DNA of 25,901 nucleotides from Legionellales bacterium (GTDB lineage Bacteria; Pseudomonadota; Gammaproteobacteria; WLWR01): NCBI GenBank assembly GCA_012103495.1, contig WLWR01000001.1, positions 1 to 25,901 of the forward strand, read 5' to 3'. Shown piece by piece: positions 16,535 to 25,901 of this stretch (position 1 is its first letter; each line of letters starts with the position of its first letter). The notes under the pieces were generated by a model. It saw only the letters and a program-made list of their open reading frames with translations, ran no database searches and was not told where the DNA came from. The position numbers and the translations under genes were made by a program.

Positions 16535-16592
16535 CGCCAAAGTTGACTTTCCCCCTGAGCGTTAAAATCTTGGGGAAAAGCCAGCTTTGGCG
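16535..16592. repeat. Palindromic dispersed repeat, copy D (strong imperfect hairpin, possibly acting at the tkt 3' end)
   Basis: CGCCAAAGTTGACTTTCCCC (16535-16554) pairs with GGGGAAAAGCCAGCTTTGGCG (16572-16592). Related to copy A at 24/29. Lies 40 bp past the tkt stop. Confidence 0.7.
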
Positions 16593-16632
16593 CATCTTGA
16601 ATTGTGGTGAATAGTTACCAAAATAATAACAA

Positions 16633-18624
16633 TTACAAGCAAGCATGTACCGCTGTCACGATGGCGTCTACCGTTAGGCCAAAATGCTCAAGCAAATCCT
16701 GATAAGGGGCTGATTCACCAAATTGATGTAAACCGATCACTTGGCCGTCCAAACCAACATATTTGTACCAGTAATCTTGTGCACTGGCTTCTATCGCCAC
16801 ACGCTGGGTGATGGTGGATGGTAATACCTGCTGACGATAGTCAAGCGGTTGAGCATCAAAAACATCGGTGGATGGCATACTTACCACTCGCACCGCGATG
16901 CCTTGCTGTGCCAATTGTTCATACGCAATGACCGCCAATTCGACTTCGGATCCGGTAGCAATGAGAATGGCTTGGGGGTGATCGCTGTCACGCAAAATGT
17001 AACCACCACGTGCGATGTTGGCGACTTGTTCGGTGCTACGTGATTGGTGCGGCAACGTTTGGCGAGACAATAATAGGCTGGTTGGGCCTTGAGTGCGCTC
17101 GATGGCTGCTCGCCATGCCACGGCGGTTTCCACCTGATCGGCCGGTCGCCAGACTGACATGTTGGGGGTCAGTCGTAGCATGGCGGCGTGTTCGATGGGT
17201 TGATGGGTGGGGCCGTCTTCTCCCAAACCAATGGAGTCATGGGTATAGACGAAGATCACTCGTTTTTGCATGAGTGCGGCCAATCGGACTGCGTTACGCG
17301 CATAATCGGCGAAGACTAAAAAGGTTCCACCGTAAGGAATAAACCCACCGTATTGAGCCAAGCCATTCATAATGGCGGACATGGCAAACTCGCGTACCCC
17401 GTAGTGAAGGTAATTGCCCGCCGGCTGTTGTTTGCTGATCACTTGGCAGTGGGTTTGATTGGTATTGTTAGAACCCGTTAAATCAGCGGAGCCACCGATG
17501 AGTTCCGGCAGGATAGCGCCATACGCATTTAAACAATGTTGAGAGGCTTTGCGGGTGGCGAGATTTTGTTCTTGCTGTGCGCATTGTTGAATAAAGGCAT
17601 CGGCGGTGGCAGACCATTGGTCTGGCAATTTACCTTGTAACCGGCGTCCAAGCTCGTTGGCTAATTCTGGAAATTGTTGCTGGTAATCTTCCCACAATGC
17701 TTGCCATGCTTGCTCGGTGACATTGCCAGTTTCTTTCGCATCCCAAGCGCTGTAAATAGCCGATGGAATTTCAAAAGGGGAATGTGTCCATCCCAATTGT
17801 TGACGTGCTGCGGCGATTTCCGCATCACCCAAAGGTGCACCATGGGTTTTTTCACTGCCGGCGAGATTGGGTGAGCCAAAACCAATAATGGTTTTACAAC
17901 AGATCAGCGTGGGTTGTTCAGCTTGGCAACGCGCTTGTTCAATGGCTTGGTGAATGGCGTCGCTGTCATGCCCATCGACATTGGTAATGACTTGCCACCC
18001 ATATGCTTGAAACCGTTGAACTGTATCGTCGGTAAACCAACCGGTCACATCACCATCGATGGAAATGCCATTGTCATCGTAAAATACAATTAATTTACCC
18101 AGTCCCAACGTTCCCGCCAAAGAGCAGGCTTCGTGAGAAATGCCTTCCATCAAACAGCCATCGCCAGCGAAGACATACGTATAATGATCGATTACTGGAA
18201 AATGTTCCCGATTGTATTGCGCTGCCAACGCACGTTCGCCAATGGCCATGCCCACACCATTGGCTAACCCTTGTCCCAAAGGGCCCGTTGTGGTTTCAAC
18301 ACCTGGGGTATAACCGTATTCTGGATGGCCGGGGGTGGCGGAATGTAATTGACGAAATTGTTTTAATTCCGTCAACGGTAAATTGTAACCGGATAAATGC
18401 AGCAAAGCATATTGCAACATGGCGCCGTGGCCGTTGGATAAGACAAACCGATCTCGATTGCACCATTGAGGATTTTGTGGATTGTGGACTAAAAAATCAT
18501 TCCATAAAACTTCTGCAATATCCGCCATTCCCATTGGCATACCGGGATGTCCGGAGTTGGCTTGTTGGACAGCGTCCATACTCAAAGCGCGAATGGCGTT
18601 GGCTAAATCTCGGCGAACAGGCAT
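16633..18624 (-). CDS. tkt: Transketolase
   Basis: Motifs [71 protein letters not shown]. Start reassigned to the ATG at 18624. Confidence 0.98.
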   Translation of the reverse strand: MPVRRDLANAIRALSMDAVQQANSGHPGMPMGMADIAEVLWNDFLVHNPQNPQWCNRDRFVLSNGHGAMLQYALLHLSGYNLPLTELKQFRQLHSATPGHPEYGYTPGVETTTGPLGQGLANGVGMAIGERALAAQYNREHFPVIDHYTYVFAGDGCLMEGISHEACSLAGTLGLGKLIVFYDDNGISIDGDVTGWFTDDTVQRFQAYGWQVITNVDGHDSDAIHQAIEQARCQAEQPTLICCKTIIGFGSPNLAGSEKTHGAPLGDAEIAAARQQLGWTHSPFEIPSAIYSAWDAKETGNVTEQAWQALWEDYQQQFPELANELGRRLQGKLPDQWSATADAFIQQCAQQEQNLATRKASQHCLNAYGAILPELIGGSADLTGSNNTNQTHCQVISKQQPAGNYLHYGVREFAMSAIMNGLAQYGGFIPYGGTFLVFADYARNAVRLAALMQKRVIFVYTHDSIGLGEDGPTHQPIEHAAMLRLTPNMSVWRPADQVETAVAWRAAIERTQGPTSLLLSRQTLPHQSRSTEQVANIARGGYILRDSDHPQAILIATGSEVELAVIAYEQLAQQGIAVRVVSMPSTDVFDAQPLDYRQQVLPSTITQRVAIEASAQDYWYKYVGLDGQVIGLHQFGESAPYQDLLEHFGLTVDAIVTAVHACL

Positions 18625-18777
18625 TGATGATGATCTCCCACACAGCGTTAAATTAAAAGCGGGCATTTTACGCCATTCCAGCGTGGTACGCTATGAGCAG
18701 ATGGATGGTTTTTGAGCTTTTTCATTGATTTTAAATCTTTGTATGAAGTGGCAAACAAGATTAAAAAGGGGGGATGG

Positions 18778-18805
18778 TTGAGGTTTCGCCTCGGTTTGTT
18801 ACCAT
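18778..18805 (+). promoter_or_regulatory. Candidate sigma70 promoter for rsmE
   Basis: TTGAGG (18778-18783), N16 ending in TGn, TACCAT (18800-18805). Confidence 0.35.
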
Positions 18806-18835
18806 GCGAGGATTGTTTTTACTGTTACTTTTGTC

Positions 18836-19555
18836 ATGCCCCGAGTTTATTGTCCTATGCTGTTAACCGTTGGTGAAACCGTGATGTTGCCCGATTTGGC
18901 GGCGCATCACTTGTTGCATGTGCTGCGGTTGGGGCATGGAGATGCGTTGACTTTGTTTAACAATCAAGGCGGTGAATATGCCGCGCAAATTTTACAAACA
19001 TCTCGGCGCACGGTTACGGTGCAAATACAAGCGCATCATTCAATCGAGCGTGAATCGAATGTATCGGTGCATTTAGGCCAAGTCATTAGCAAGGGCGATC
19101 GTATGGATTGGTTGTTGCAAAAAGTCACAGAATTGGGTGTGAGTGTGGTGACACCGCTGATGAGTCAACGGTGTAATGTAAAGCTGGATCCGCAACGGTT
19201 GTTGAAACGACAAATGCATTGGTTGGGGGTGATCGCCAGTGCTTGCGAACAGTGCGGTCGCAATCGATTGCCGCAATTAAATCCGGTCATCTCTCTGGCG
19301 GAATGGGTGCCACACACTGAGCAAGCGACTTGTTTTGTCTTGCAACCATCGATGTGTAAAACCGACTTGGCGCAATGGGAACAGCCTCGATGCGTGCGTT
19401 TGTTGGTGGGGCCTGAAGGTGGTTTGACAGATCACGAAATAGCTTTGGCCAAGCAACACCAATACCATGATCTTAGTTTGGGACCAAGGGTGTTACGCAC
19501 AGAGACGGCTGGCATTACGGCGGTGGCATGGTGCCAATATCAATGGGATCGATAA
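18836..19555 (+). CDS. rsmE: 16S rRNA (uracil-1498-N3)-methyltransferase
   Basis: Motifs HHLLHVLRL, KGDRMDWLLQKVTELGV, ACEQCGRNRLP, VGPEGGL, LGPRVLRTETA. Confidence 0.97.
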   Translation: MPRVYCPMLLTVGETVMLPDLAAHHLLHVLRLGHGDALTLFNNQGGEYAAQILQTSRRTVTVQIQAHHSIERESNVSVHLGQVISKGDRMDWLLQKVTELGVSVVTPLMSQRCNVKLDPQRLLKRQMHWLGVIASACEQCGRNRLPQLNPVISLAEWVPHTEQATCFVLQPSMCKTDLAQWEQPRCVRLLVGPEGGLTDHEIALAKQHQYHDLSLGPRVLRTETAGITAVAWCQYQWDR

Positions 19556-19618
19556 CCGGTCCTATTTTATTTGAAAATGTGAGCAGGTTTACCGTTGCGC
19601 CAAGGCATTACCATTCAG

Positions 19619-20188
19619 CTATTCTTTGGCTCGCCCAACGTATTCGCCGCTGCGGGTATCGACTTTGATTACTTCGTCGGTTTGAATAAACAAAGGAACG
19701 CGTACCACGGCGCCGGTTTCTAGCGTGGCGGGCTTGCTACCACCACCGGAAGTATCACCTTTAAGCCCGGGATCGGTTTCGGTGATGGTCAGTAAAACAA
19801 AGTTTGGTGGTGTTACCAATAAGGGTGCGCCATTCCATAAAGTGACTGTACAAACGTCTTGTTCTTTAAGCCAGACTTTGGCTTCCTCCATGGCCTCGGC
19901 TTCGGCGGCATATTGTTCGAACGTATTGGGTTCCATGAAATGCCAGTGCTCACCATCGGTGTATAAATATTGCATTTCAATGTCGCTGACATCGGCTGCT
20001 TCTACCGTCTCGCCGGATTTGAATGTGCGTTCCACCACACGACCCGTTTTTAAATTGCGGACTTTGATTCGAGTAAACGCCTGCCCTTTGCCAGGTTTGA
20101 CAAAGTCGCACTCGACGATCGAGCATGGCGCATTGTCGAGCATGATTTTTAAACCGGATTTAAATTGATTCGTTGCATAGGTTGCCAT
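19619..20188 (-). CDS. efp: Elongation factor P
   Basis: Motifs KPGKGQAF (modifiable Lys), [35 protein letters not shown]. Confidence 0.98.
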   Translation of the reverse strand: MATYATNQFKSGLKIMLDNAPCSIVECDFVKPGKGQAFTRIKVRNLKTGRVVERTFKSGETVEAADVSDIEMQYLYTDGEHWHFMEPNTFEQYAAEAEAMEEAKVWLKEQDVCTVTLWNGAPLLVTPPNFVLLTITETDPGLKGDTSGGGSKPATLETGAVVRVPLFIQTDEVIKVDTRSGEYVGRAKE

Positions 20189-20225
20189 TATGATCTTGCA
20201 CTACGATGTTTTTAAAATGGTGCTT

Positions 20226-21236
20226 ATGATAACGCGATTGCCCCCGCCGCAACAAGCAGAGGATTGGCAACAACAATTGGTTGATGGGTTTACCGATGTG
20301 TCTGCTTTGTTGACTTTTTTAAATTTGCCAGAAGACGCCTTTGCTCAACAGGTGGAACGATCGTTTCCTTTGCGTGTGCCGCGCGCGTTTGCTGTGCGAA
20401 TGTGCAAAGGCGATAGGAACGATCCTTTGTTGCGTCAAGTGTTGCCAGTGGGTGATGAGACGAATCGAGTACCGGGTTTTTCATTGGATCCTTTGTCAGA
20501 GAAACAACACAATCCTCAACCTGGAATTTTGCACAAATATCAAGGTCGCGCTTTGGTGACATTAACCGGTGTTTGTGCGGTGCATTGTCGATATTGTTTT
20601 CGGCGACATTTTCCATATGCTGATAATCAAGTGGGACGCAAACATTGGCCGGATATTTTGGCGTATTTGCAAGCGCACCCACAGATTCATGAAGTTATTT
20701 TAAGCGGTGGTGATCCGTTGATGGTGCAAGACGCCATTTTGCAAGCGTTCATTGAACAGTTAAAACAATTGCCGCAAGTCACCACGCTGCGCATTCATTC
20801 AAGATTGCCGATTGTGTTGCCGGATCGAGTGACACCGGCGTTGGGTCGCTTGTTGGCCGACAGTGGGCTGCGTGTGGTAATGGTCAGTCATTGCAATCAT
20901 CCACAAGAAATTGATGAATCGGTGGCGCGCGCGGCCCACTTGTTGCGTGCGCATCAAATTCATTTGTTGAATCAAGCGGTGTTGCTGCGTGGGGTCAATG
21001 ATGAAGCGCAGACCCTGGTGCAATTGAGCAAACGATTGTGGGAAATTGATACGCTGCCGTATTACTTGCATGTATTGGATCAAGTGCACGGGGCGGCCCA
21101 TTTTGCTGTTTGTTTATCGGTTGCCAAACAATTATTGCAAACCATGCTTGGGCAATTACCTGGTTATTTGGTGCCTAAGCTAGTGCGAGAAGAAGCCGGC
21201 GCCGCTAGCAAAATACTTATTTCACTCGAGCAATAA
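20226..21236 (+). CDS. epmB: EF-P beta-lysylation protein EpmB (radical-SAM lysine 2,3-aminomutase)
   Basis: Motifs HKYQGRAL, CAVHCRYCFRRHFPY (CxxxCxxC), LSGGDPL, RIHSRLP, NQAVLLRGVND, PYYLH. Divergent from efp. The start is uncertain (20190, 20217 or 20226). Confidence 0.95.
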   Translation: MITRLPPPQQAEDWQQQLVDGFTDVSALLTFLNLPEDAFAQQVERSFPLRVPRAFAVRMCKGDRNDPLLRQVLPVGDETNRVPGFSLDPLSEKQHNPQPGILHKYQGRALVTLTGVCAVHCRYCFRRHFPYADNQVGRKHWPDILAYLQAHPQIHEVILSGGDPLMVQDAILQAFIEQLKQLPQVTTLRIHSRLPIVLPDRVTPALGRLLADSGLRVVMVSHCNHPQEIDESVARAAHLLRAHQIHLLNQAVLLRGVNDEAQTLVQLSKRLWEIDTLPYYLHVLDQVHGAAHFAVCLSVAKQLLQTMLGQLPGYLVPKLVREEAGAASKILISLEQ

Positions 21237-22173
21237 GGGCTGTTTGATCACCGCGTATGGCTTGTTCTATGCCATCGAAGTTTAACACCGAACCATCGCG
21301 AGCCATGAAACTGGCGTGAAATTGAGGCGTGGTGAAAAAATAAATATTGCTTTCATCATAAGCCACCGCGTTTTGATTGTCGGTGACTTGAATTTCTGCC
21401 AGTGCGCGTTCATAGGTTTTTACGTAGGCTTCGCGCGTGCGTAAAAAACGGGCGTTGAGTTGGGCGTTGCCTTGCAATAAGGCCACCAAACGATCAGCGA
21501 CGCCAGCCAGGGTGACGGTGGATTGGTTGTGTGCTTCAATACGTAAACCATAGCTGTCTAACCAATACAGATCTAAATGAGCTTTGTCATACAATTCAAT
21601 GCTATCGACTACGGCCATGCCTCGCAGGATGACGGCTGCTTGGTCGCGAATGCGCAAAGTCATGGAGCGGCTGCTTACCTCATGAATGGTCAATGCTGTT
21701 TTGCCGCCGATGTCTAGGTGACGCAAACCAAATTTGCCGGTTAAGGTGACGGCGCCTTCGCCGCCTGTCGTAATGTCCAGCAATGCGCTGTTCCAGGCGT
21801 TGACAGTCAAATTGCCGAACGCTTGCCAATGAATGCTGTGTAAGTTTTGCATATAGACTACGGCTTCCAGCACTTGGCCTTCGGGCACGACGACATTTAA
21901 TTGGAATTCATCCAGTTGTACGGTTGTTTTCGTCACTTGTTCGGTAGGGCCGGTGAGCCGAATCGCATGTTTGTCTGAGCGCACGATTTTTACATTGACG
22001 GGTCCGATGACAAACAATCCTTGAAAGGCTTGCAAATCATGTGTGATGTCTGTGGTGGGTGGGACAATGGCCTCGGTGGGTGTTGATTCAGCGACATAGC
22101 GTGCCGCATGAGCTTGAAAAACGCCAAAGACAACGGCAAAGATGAAGATTGCGATGGACAGCCAGTTGGTCAT
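21217..22173 (-). CDS. Secreted GIN-domain (DUF2807-like) beta-solenoid protein
   Basis: N-terminal signal peptide ending AHA-A, GIN-like start (FQGLFVIGPVNVKIV..AIRLTG) and regular Gly/small-residue repeats (LDITTGGEGAVTLTG, LDIGGKTALTI, IEAHNQSTVTLAG). 20-bp tail-to-tail overlap with epmB. Confidence 0.65.
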   Translation of the reverse strand: MTNWLSIAIFIFAVVFGVFQAHAARYVAESTPTEAIVPPTTDITHDLQAFQGLFVIGPVNVKIVRSDKHAIRLTGPTEQVTKTTVQLDEFQLNVVVPEGQVLEAVVYMQNLHSIHWQAFGNLTVNAWNSALLDITTGGEGAVTLTGKFGLRHLDIGGKTALTIHEVSSRSMTLRIRDQAAVILRGMAVVDSIELYDKAHLDLYWLDSYGLRIEAHNQSTVTLAGVADRLVALLQGNAQLNARFLRTREAYVKTYERALAEIQVTDNQNAVAYDESNIYFFTTPQFHASFMARDGSVLNFDGIEQAIRGDQTALIARVK

Positions 22174-22311
22174 AAGTTGTTTAATTTGTATACTTTAATG
22201 AAGTCCGTGATGCTAGCATTTTTGGAAGATGGGGTAAACGACGATTTTCTTTCAAAAGAGTAAGGGTAGGCTTGTTTTACCATGATGAAACAAGGGCTTT
22301 CAATCCTGTCT

Positions 22312-22333
22312 CCCGAGATTTAAAATTTTGGTG
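22312..22333 (+). repeat. Dispersed repeat, copy C
   Basis: CCCGAGATTTAAAATTTTGGTG is identical to 4137-4158 and intergenic. Confidence 0.7.
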
Positions 22334-22346
22334 ATTTGGTGAATCG

Positions 22347-23396
22347 TTACGCGTCATTTAATAATAAACAGGGTTGATGAATACGAATGTTACCTCGATC
22401 ACCAATAGATACTTGCAGGGTCAAGGGGACTTCCACCTCTATTTGCACATCGTGCTGTTGGCAGACTAAACGATAACAATGGCCGTGAAAAATTCGATGA
22501 ATGACGATGGCTGGACCTTGTGGTTGTGTGACGAAGGTTGCCATTTCCGGGCGTATCAAAAGTTGACCTGGGCCTTGACTCGGTTGGCTTAGTGCAATGG
22601 AGCCTATCGCTGTTGTCGCTTCGTGACCATTGGCTTGGGCTGCGATGAAACTCGCGTTGCCGGTTAATTGAGCGACGTTTGGATTAACCGGATAGTGATA
22701 TACGTGCTCGGGCGTGTCGCATTGGGCAATGTAAGTGCCGGTCGGACTTTTTTGTAAAATCGCTGCGCGATCGGCCAGAGCAAATGCTTCACGACGATCG
22801 TGGGTAACCAAAATGACACTGACTCCCTCTTGCATCACAATGGTTTGCAACGCTTGTCCCAATTCTTGGCGAATGGTGGCATCGATGTTGGCGAACGGTT
22901 CATCCAACAGCAATAAGGTTGGCCGAGGCGCCAAGGCGCGGGCTAAGGCCACACGTTGTTGTTGACCACCGGATAATTCACATGGATAACGATTTGCATA
23001 GTGCGGCATATCGATCAAATCTAACAGTTGACGCACACGTTGTTGGGTGTGTACGCGCTGTTGTTTGGTTGTTTGCGCCAGGCCAAAAGCAATGTTTTGT
23101 GTCACTGTTTGGTGAGAAAATAAAGCGTAATCTTGAAAGACAAATCCCAACCGGCGTTGTTCGGTTGGGAGGTAAGATCGACCGTTATCAAACACCAGGC
23201 GGTTGGCTAAACGAATGGTTCCTTGCCACGGTTGTTCCAAGCCGGCGATTAAACGTAGTAACGTAGATTTCCCACAACCGGAAGGTCCCAACACGCTTAA
23301 AAATTCACCGCGGGCAACGGTTAAATGGATGTTGCGTAAGATCGGGTGTTGTGCATAGCGATGCGATAATTGTTCAATCATGAGTGGGTTAGACAT
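22347..23396 (-). CDS. fbpC: Fe(III)-type ABC transporter ATP-binding subunit (FbpC-like)
   Basis: Walker A GPSGCGKS, Q-loop VFQDYALF, signature LSGGQQQR, Walker B LLLLDEPF, VTHD, C-terminal TOBE-like region. Confidence 0.85.
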   Translation of the reverse strand: MSNPLMIEQLSHRYAQHPILRNIHLTVARGEFLSVLGPSGCGKSTLLRLIAGLEQPWQGTIRLANRLVFDNGRSYLPTEQRRLGFVFQDYALFSHQTVTQNIAFGLAQTTKQQRVHTQQRVRQLLDLIDMPHYANRYPCELSGGQQQRVALARALAPRPTLLLLDEPFANIDATIRQELGQALQTIVMQEGVSVILVTHDRREAFALADRAAILQKSPTGTYIAQCDTPEHVYHYPVNPNVAQLTGNASFIAAQANGHEATTAIGSIALSQPSQGPGQLLIRPEMATFVTQPQGPAIVIHRIFHGHCYRLVCQQHDVQIEVEVPLTLQVSIGDRGNIRIHQPCLLLNDA

Positions 23397-24993
23397 GACG
23401 GCGCCACCGCAAAGTGATCACAACCAAGGTCAAAGACATCATCACCAGCATCAAGCCAGCAGCACCTACATCGTGTAAAAACGCTTCTTGATAGCGATCA
23501 AAAATTCTAAAACTCAAGGTACGAATCCCCATCGGTCCACCCAATAATAATGTTACCGGTAATTCTTTGATGAGTGCTAATAACACCAGCAACCAGGCGG
23601 CGCCCAATGCTGGACGAAACGCCGGGAGCATCACTTGCAACACATATCGCCTACGCGGACTGTTTAAGATCCGCGCGGTTTCTCCCAACCGCGGATCATA
23701 CAACATCACCGCGCTTTTTAAACCTCCATAAGCTTCTGCCATAAAACGCATGGCATAACCCATGAATAATAAAATACCGCTGGTCAACAACCATTGATAA
23801 CTGGCATTGGTATTGGGGAGGAAATCAACTATCCACAAGGTCCACAACAATAAACCAAACGCCAATAAAATGCCTGGCAAACTGCTGGTCATATAAATGA
23901 GTTGTTCAACGGTCCGCGATAAATATTGACGTCCCACCAACCAAGCGGGTGCCAATGTGAGTAACACAATCAGAGTAGCGCTGAATACCGACACGTACAG
24001 GGTGTCGGCAATCGGTGGCCATAATGCGGCAAAGTGCAATTGATGAATGAACCCATTGAGTACCCATTGCGCCAACGCAATCACAGGAATAACAACCCCC
24101 AAACCAATGACTAGCAGATGCAAACCGTAAGTGAGCCACAAGGGTCCTCCGGTCAATGTGGTACGGCGGGTGGGTTTGGGGTTGTGAATTTGTGATTGCG
24201 GTGGTTGTTGTCCGTGTACTCGTTTGGCAATGAGCAATAATGACAAAGCCAACAGCAATAACACACTGCCTAACAGGGTGGCTTTGGCCAATTGTTGATG
24301 ATCGACCGCTTGATATAAACGCCAGGTTAATACTTGCGTATCCAGTACAGCCACCGCTCCAAAATCGCTAATGATGTATAACAAACCAATCAACCAGGCA
24401 AATGCAAAACTGGGTCTGAGTTTGGGAAAAATAATCTGCCAAAAAATTTTGGTGGAAGAGGCGCCCAAACACTGCGCAGTTTCTTCTTCTTGCGCGGATA
24501 AGTTTTTAAGTGCTGCTGACACCAACAAATGTACGTAAGGCACGGTGATCAAGGTCAACACGATGATGGCGGGGATAAATCCTTTGAAAATCGGAAGTTG
24601 TATCCAAGCGCTCAACAGTCCGCCGGGTCCTAAACTATCACGCAAAGTGGCAGCGATTAAATAACTAGGTACAGCTAAGGGTAATAAATCCAGTATGGCC
24701 AGAAGTTGACGTGCAGGGTATTGTTTGCGCTGTTCAATCCAGGCAAACCACAAACCAATCGCTCCAGCCAGTGTTGATGTGATTAAAGCCAATAAGGTGG
24801 TATTGATTAATAATCGCCAGGCATTGCTCTGTTGAAACAATGTAACAAAAGAGGCGGTTTGCTCGATCAAAGGATGGGCTGGTGGGTACAGCAATCCCCA
24901 ACCCAAACCGATGAGTGGTAACAATACCAATCCAGCGATTCCCCATGAAATTAGCGTCAGTACAGGGTAACGGGATAACGATTTACTCATCAT
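23389..24993 (-). CDS. fbpB: Fe(III)-type ABC transporter permease with two fused halves (FbpB-like)
   Basis: About 535 aa with many TM helices, two EAA-type loops (EEETAQCLGA, GETARILNS), PLAVPSY, ISDFGAV, LIKELPVTLLL. Probable start is the ATG at 24993. Confidence 0.85.
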   Translation of the reverse strand: MMSKSLSRYPVLTLISWGIAGLVLLPLIGLGWGLLYPPAHPLIEQTASFVTLFQQSNAWRLLINTTLLALITSTLAGAIGLWFAWIEQRKQYPARQLLAILDLLPLAVPSYLIAATLRDSLGPGGLLSAWIQLPIFKGFIPAIIVLTLITVPYVHLLVSAALKNLSAQEEETAQCLGASSTKIFWQIIFPKLRPSFAFAWLIGLLYIISDFGAVAVLDTQVLTWRLYQAVDHQQLAKATLLGSVLLLLALSLLLIAKRVHGQQPPQSQIHNPKPTRRTTLTGGPLWLTYGLHLLVIGLGVVIPVIALAQWVLNGFIHQLHFAALWPPIADTLYVSVFSATLIVLLTLAPAWLVGRQYLSRTVEQLIYMTSSLPGILLAFGLLLWTLWIVDFLPNTNASYQWLLTSGILLFMGYAMRFMAEAYGGLKSAVMLYDPRLGETARILNSPRRRYVLQVMLPAFRPALGAAWLLVLLALIKELPVTLLLGGPMGIRTLSFRIFDRYQEAFLHDVGAAGLMLVMMSLTLVVITLRWRRHV

Positions 24994-25096
24994 GAAGAGA
25001 GGGTTAAAGGTGGATGCGTCTTGCCACAATCACTGACCTTGTTATGCAAATTATATTCACCACCACACGCTGAACTGTTGTGGCAAATGACGGGCA

Positions 25097-25901
25097 CTAC
25101 AAGATGCCTAGCGTTTGCAGCAAGGCGACGGTGGGTGATAAATCTACTAAGTTGGATGAGTCTATCTCAAGATGTTTAATATCAGCCACAGGTGTTAGCG
25201 CCGTGGCGGGAGTAATGTCCGGGTGCGTTGGGTATTCCGAGGCGGATTGTGCAAAATAAGTTTGGGCATATTCACTTAATAAAAAAGCGACCCACTGTTC
25301 GGCCAATGCTTGTTTATCACTGTGGGCTAAGATCCCAACGCCGGAGACGATCAACAAATTGCCAGCGTTGCCTTCTTCAGGAAAATGATAATTCATGACG
25401 GGCAAATTGGGATTTTGTTTTTTCAATTGGTGCATGTAGTAATGATTGGACCAGCCTAAATCAACCTCGCCTTGTCCTACTGCTTGTACAATCTGTGAAT
25501 TACGTGGGTAATTCACCGGTTGATTGGCGATGATGTCACGTAACCATTGTTGGGTTTTTTCCTCGCCCCACAGATGGCGCAAGGCGCTGATGTGTGCTTG
25601 AAAACTAGCATTGGTTGGTGCCCACCCTAACCGACCACGCCATTTGGGGTCGGTTAATTGCTCTAACGAGATGGGCAATTGATCTGCTGTGACTTTTTCA
25701 GGGTTGTAGACTAGAACTCGCATTCGCGCGCTGGCGCCTACCCAATAATGATTGGGATCTTTAAAGTGCGCAGGAATCGGTGCGGTGATCCGCGAATCGA
25801 TCGGCGCGAGCATACCGGCTTGTGCTAACAAGCCCAGATAACCCGACTCTTGAAAAAACACCACATCGGCGGCAGTTTTTTGTTGTTCATGCAACAATTG
25901 A
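25097..25901 (-). CDS. fbpA: Fe(III) ABC transporter substrate-binding protein (FbpA-like; 5' end outside the window)
   Basis: Motifs ADVVFFQES, WVGASARMRVLVYN, LTDPKWRGRLGW, AVGQGEVDLGWSNHYY (tandem iron-ligand Tyr). The frame is open to the window edge. Confidence 0.85.
   Translation of the reverse strand, partial: QLLHEQQKTAADVVFFQESGYLGLLAQAGMLAPIDSRITAPIPAHFKDPNHYWVGASARMRVLVYNPEKVTADQLPISLEQLTDPKWRGRLGWAPTNASFQAHISALRHLWGEEKTQQWLRDIIANQPVNYPRNSQIVQAVGQGEVDLGWSNHYYMHQLKKQNPNLPVMNYHFPEEGNAGNLLIVSGVGILAHSDKQALAEQWVAFLLSEYAQTYFAQSASEYPTHPDITPATALTPVADIKHLEIDSSNLVDLSPTVALLQTLGIL

Noticed and set aside
18604-18738. Further partial matches to the repeat core (CCGAGATTTA at 18604-18613 and AGATTTAAAAT at 18728-18738, both minus strand)
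   Set aside because: They are only 10-11 bp, one lies inside the tkt coding sequence and the other is almost pure A/T. They show that short core matches arise by chance.
19073-20682. Antisense ORFs over rsmE, efp and epmB, including the 147-aa ORF at 19725-20168
   Set aside because: They are fully antisense or out of frame to well-supported conserved genes and have no motifs of their own.
1-25901. CRISPR array, tRNA, rRNA, transposase, integrase or prophage
   Set aside because: No regularly spaced repeats, cloverleaf or rRNA signatures, or recombinase motifs were seen. vgrG has no neighbouring phage genes.

Overview
Window from a gammaproteobacterium that looks like a member of the Legionellales. 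The lineage is inferred from a clear LqsR-type response regulator and from effector-like orphan genes. Core genes are hemY(partial)-hemX-hemD-hemC on the minus strand, divergent from lqsR-cytochrome c5-dsbB, then hemA, tkt, rsmE, efp/epmB, a GIN(DUF2807)-domain protein and a partial Fe(III) ABC operon (fbpABC-like). Between dsbB and tkt (about 6.75-16.4 kb) lies an accessory stretch with four notable genes: a very divergent but intact orphan VgrG, and three large, more AT-rich unknown proteins of 523, about 601 and 856 aa. The 601-aa protein has a recognisable Ulp1/CE-clan cysteine protease (deubiquitinase/deSUMOylase-like) catalytic set. The 856-aa protein has four internal repeats and matching N- and C-terminal motifs. 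All three appear to share a C-terminal module, and one has a PmrA-like box upstream. A short palindromic dispersed repeat occurs in three to four intergenic regions. No rRNA, tRNA, CRISPR array, transposase or integrase was recognised. All protein assignments are by-eye motif recognition with no database search.
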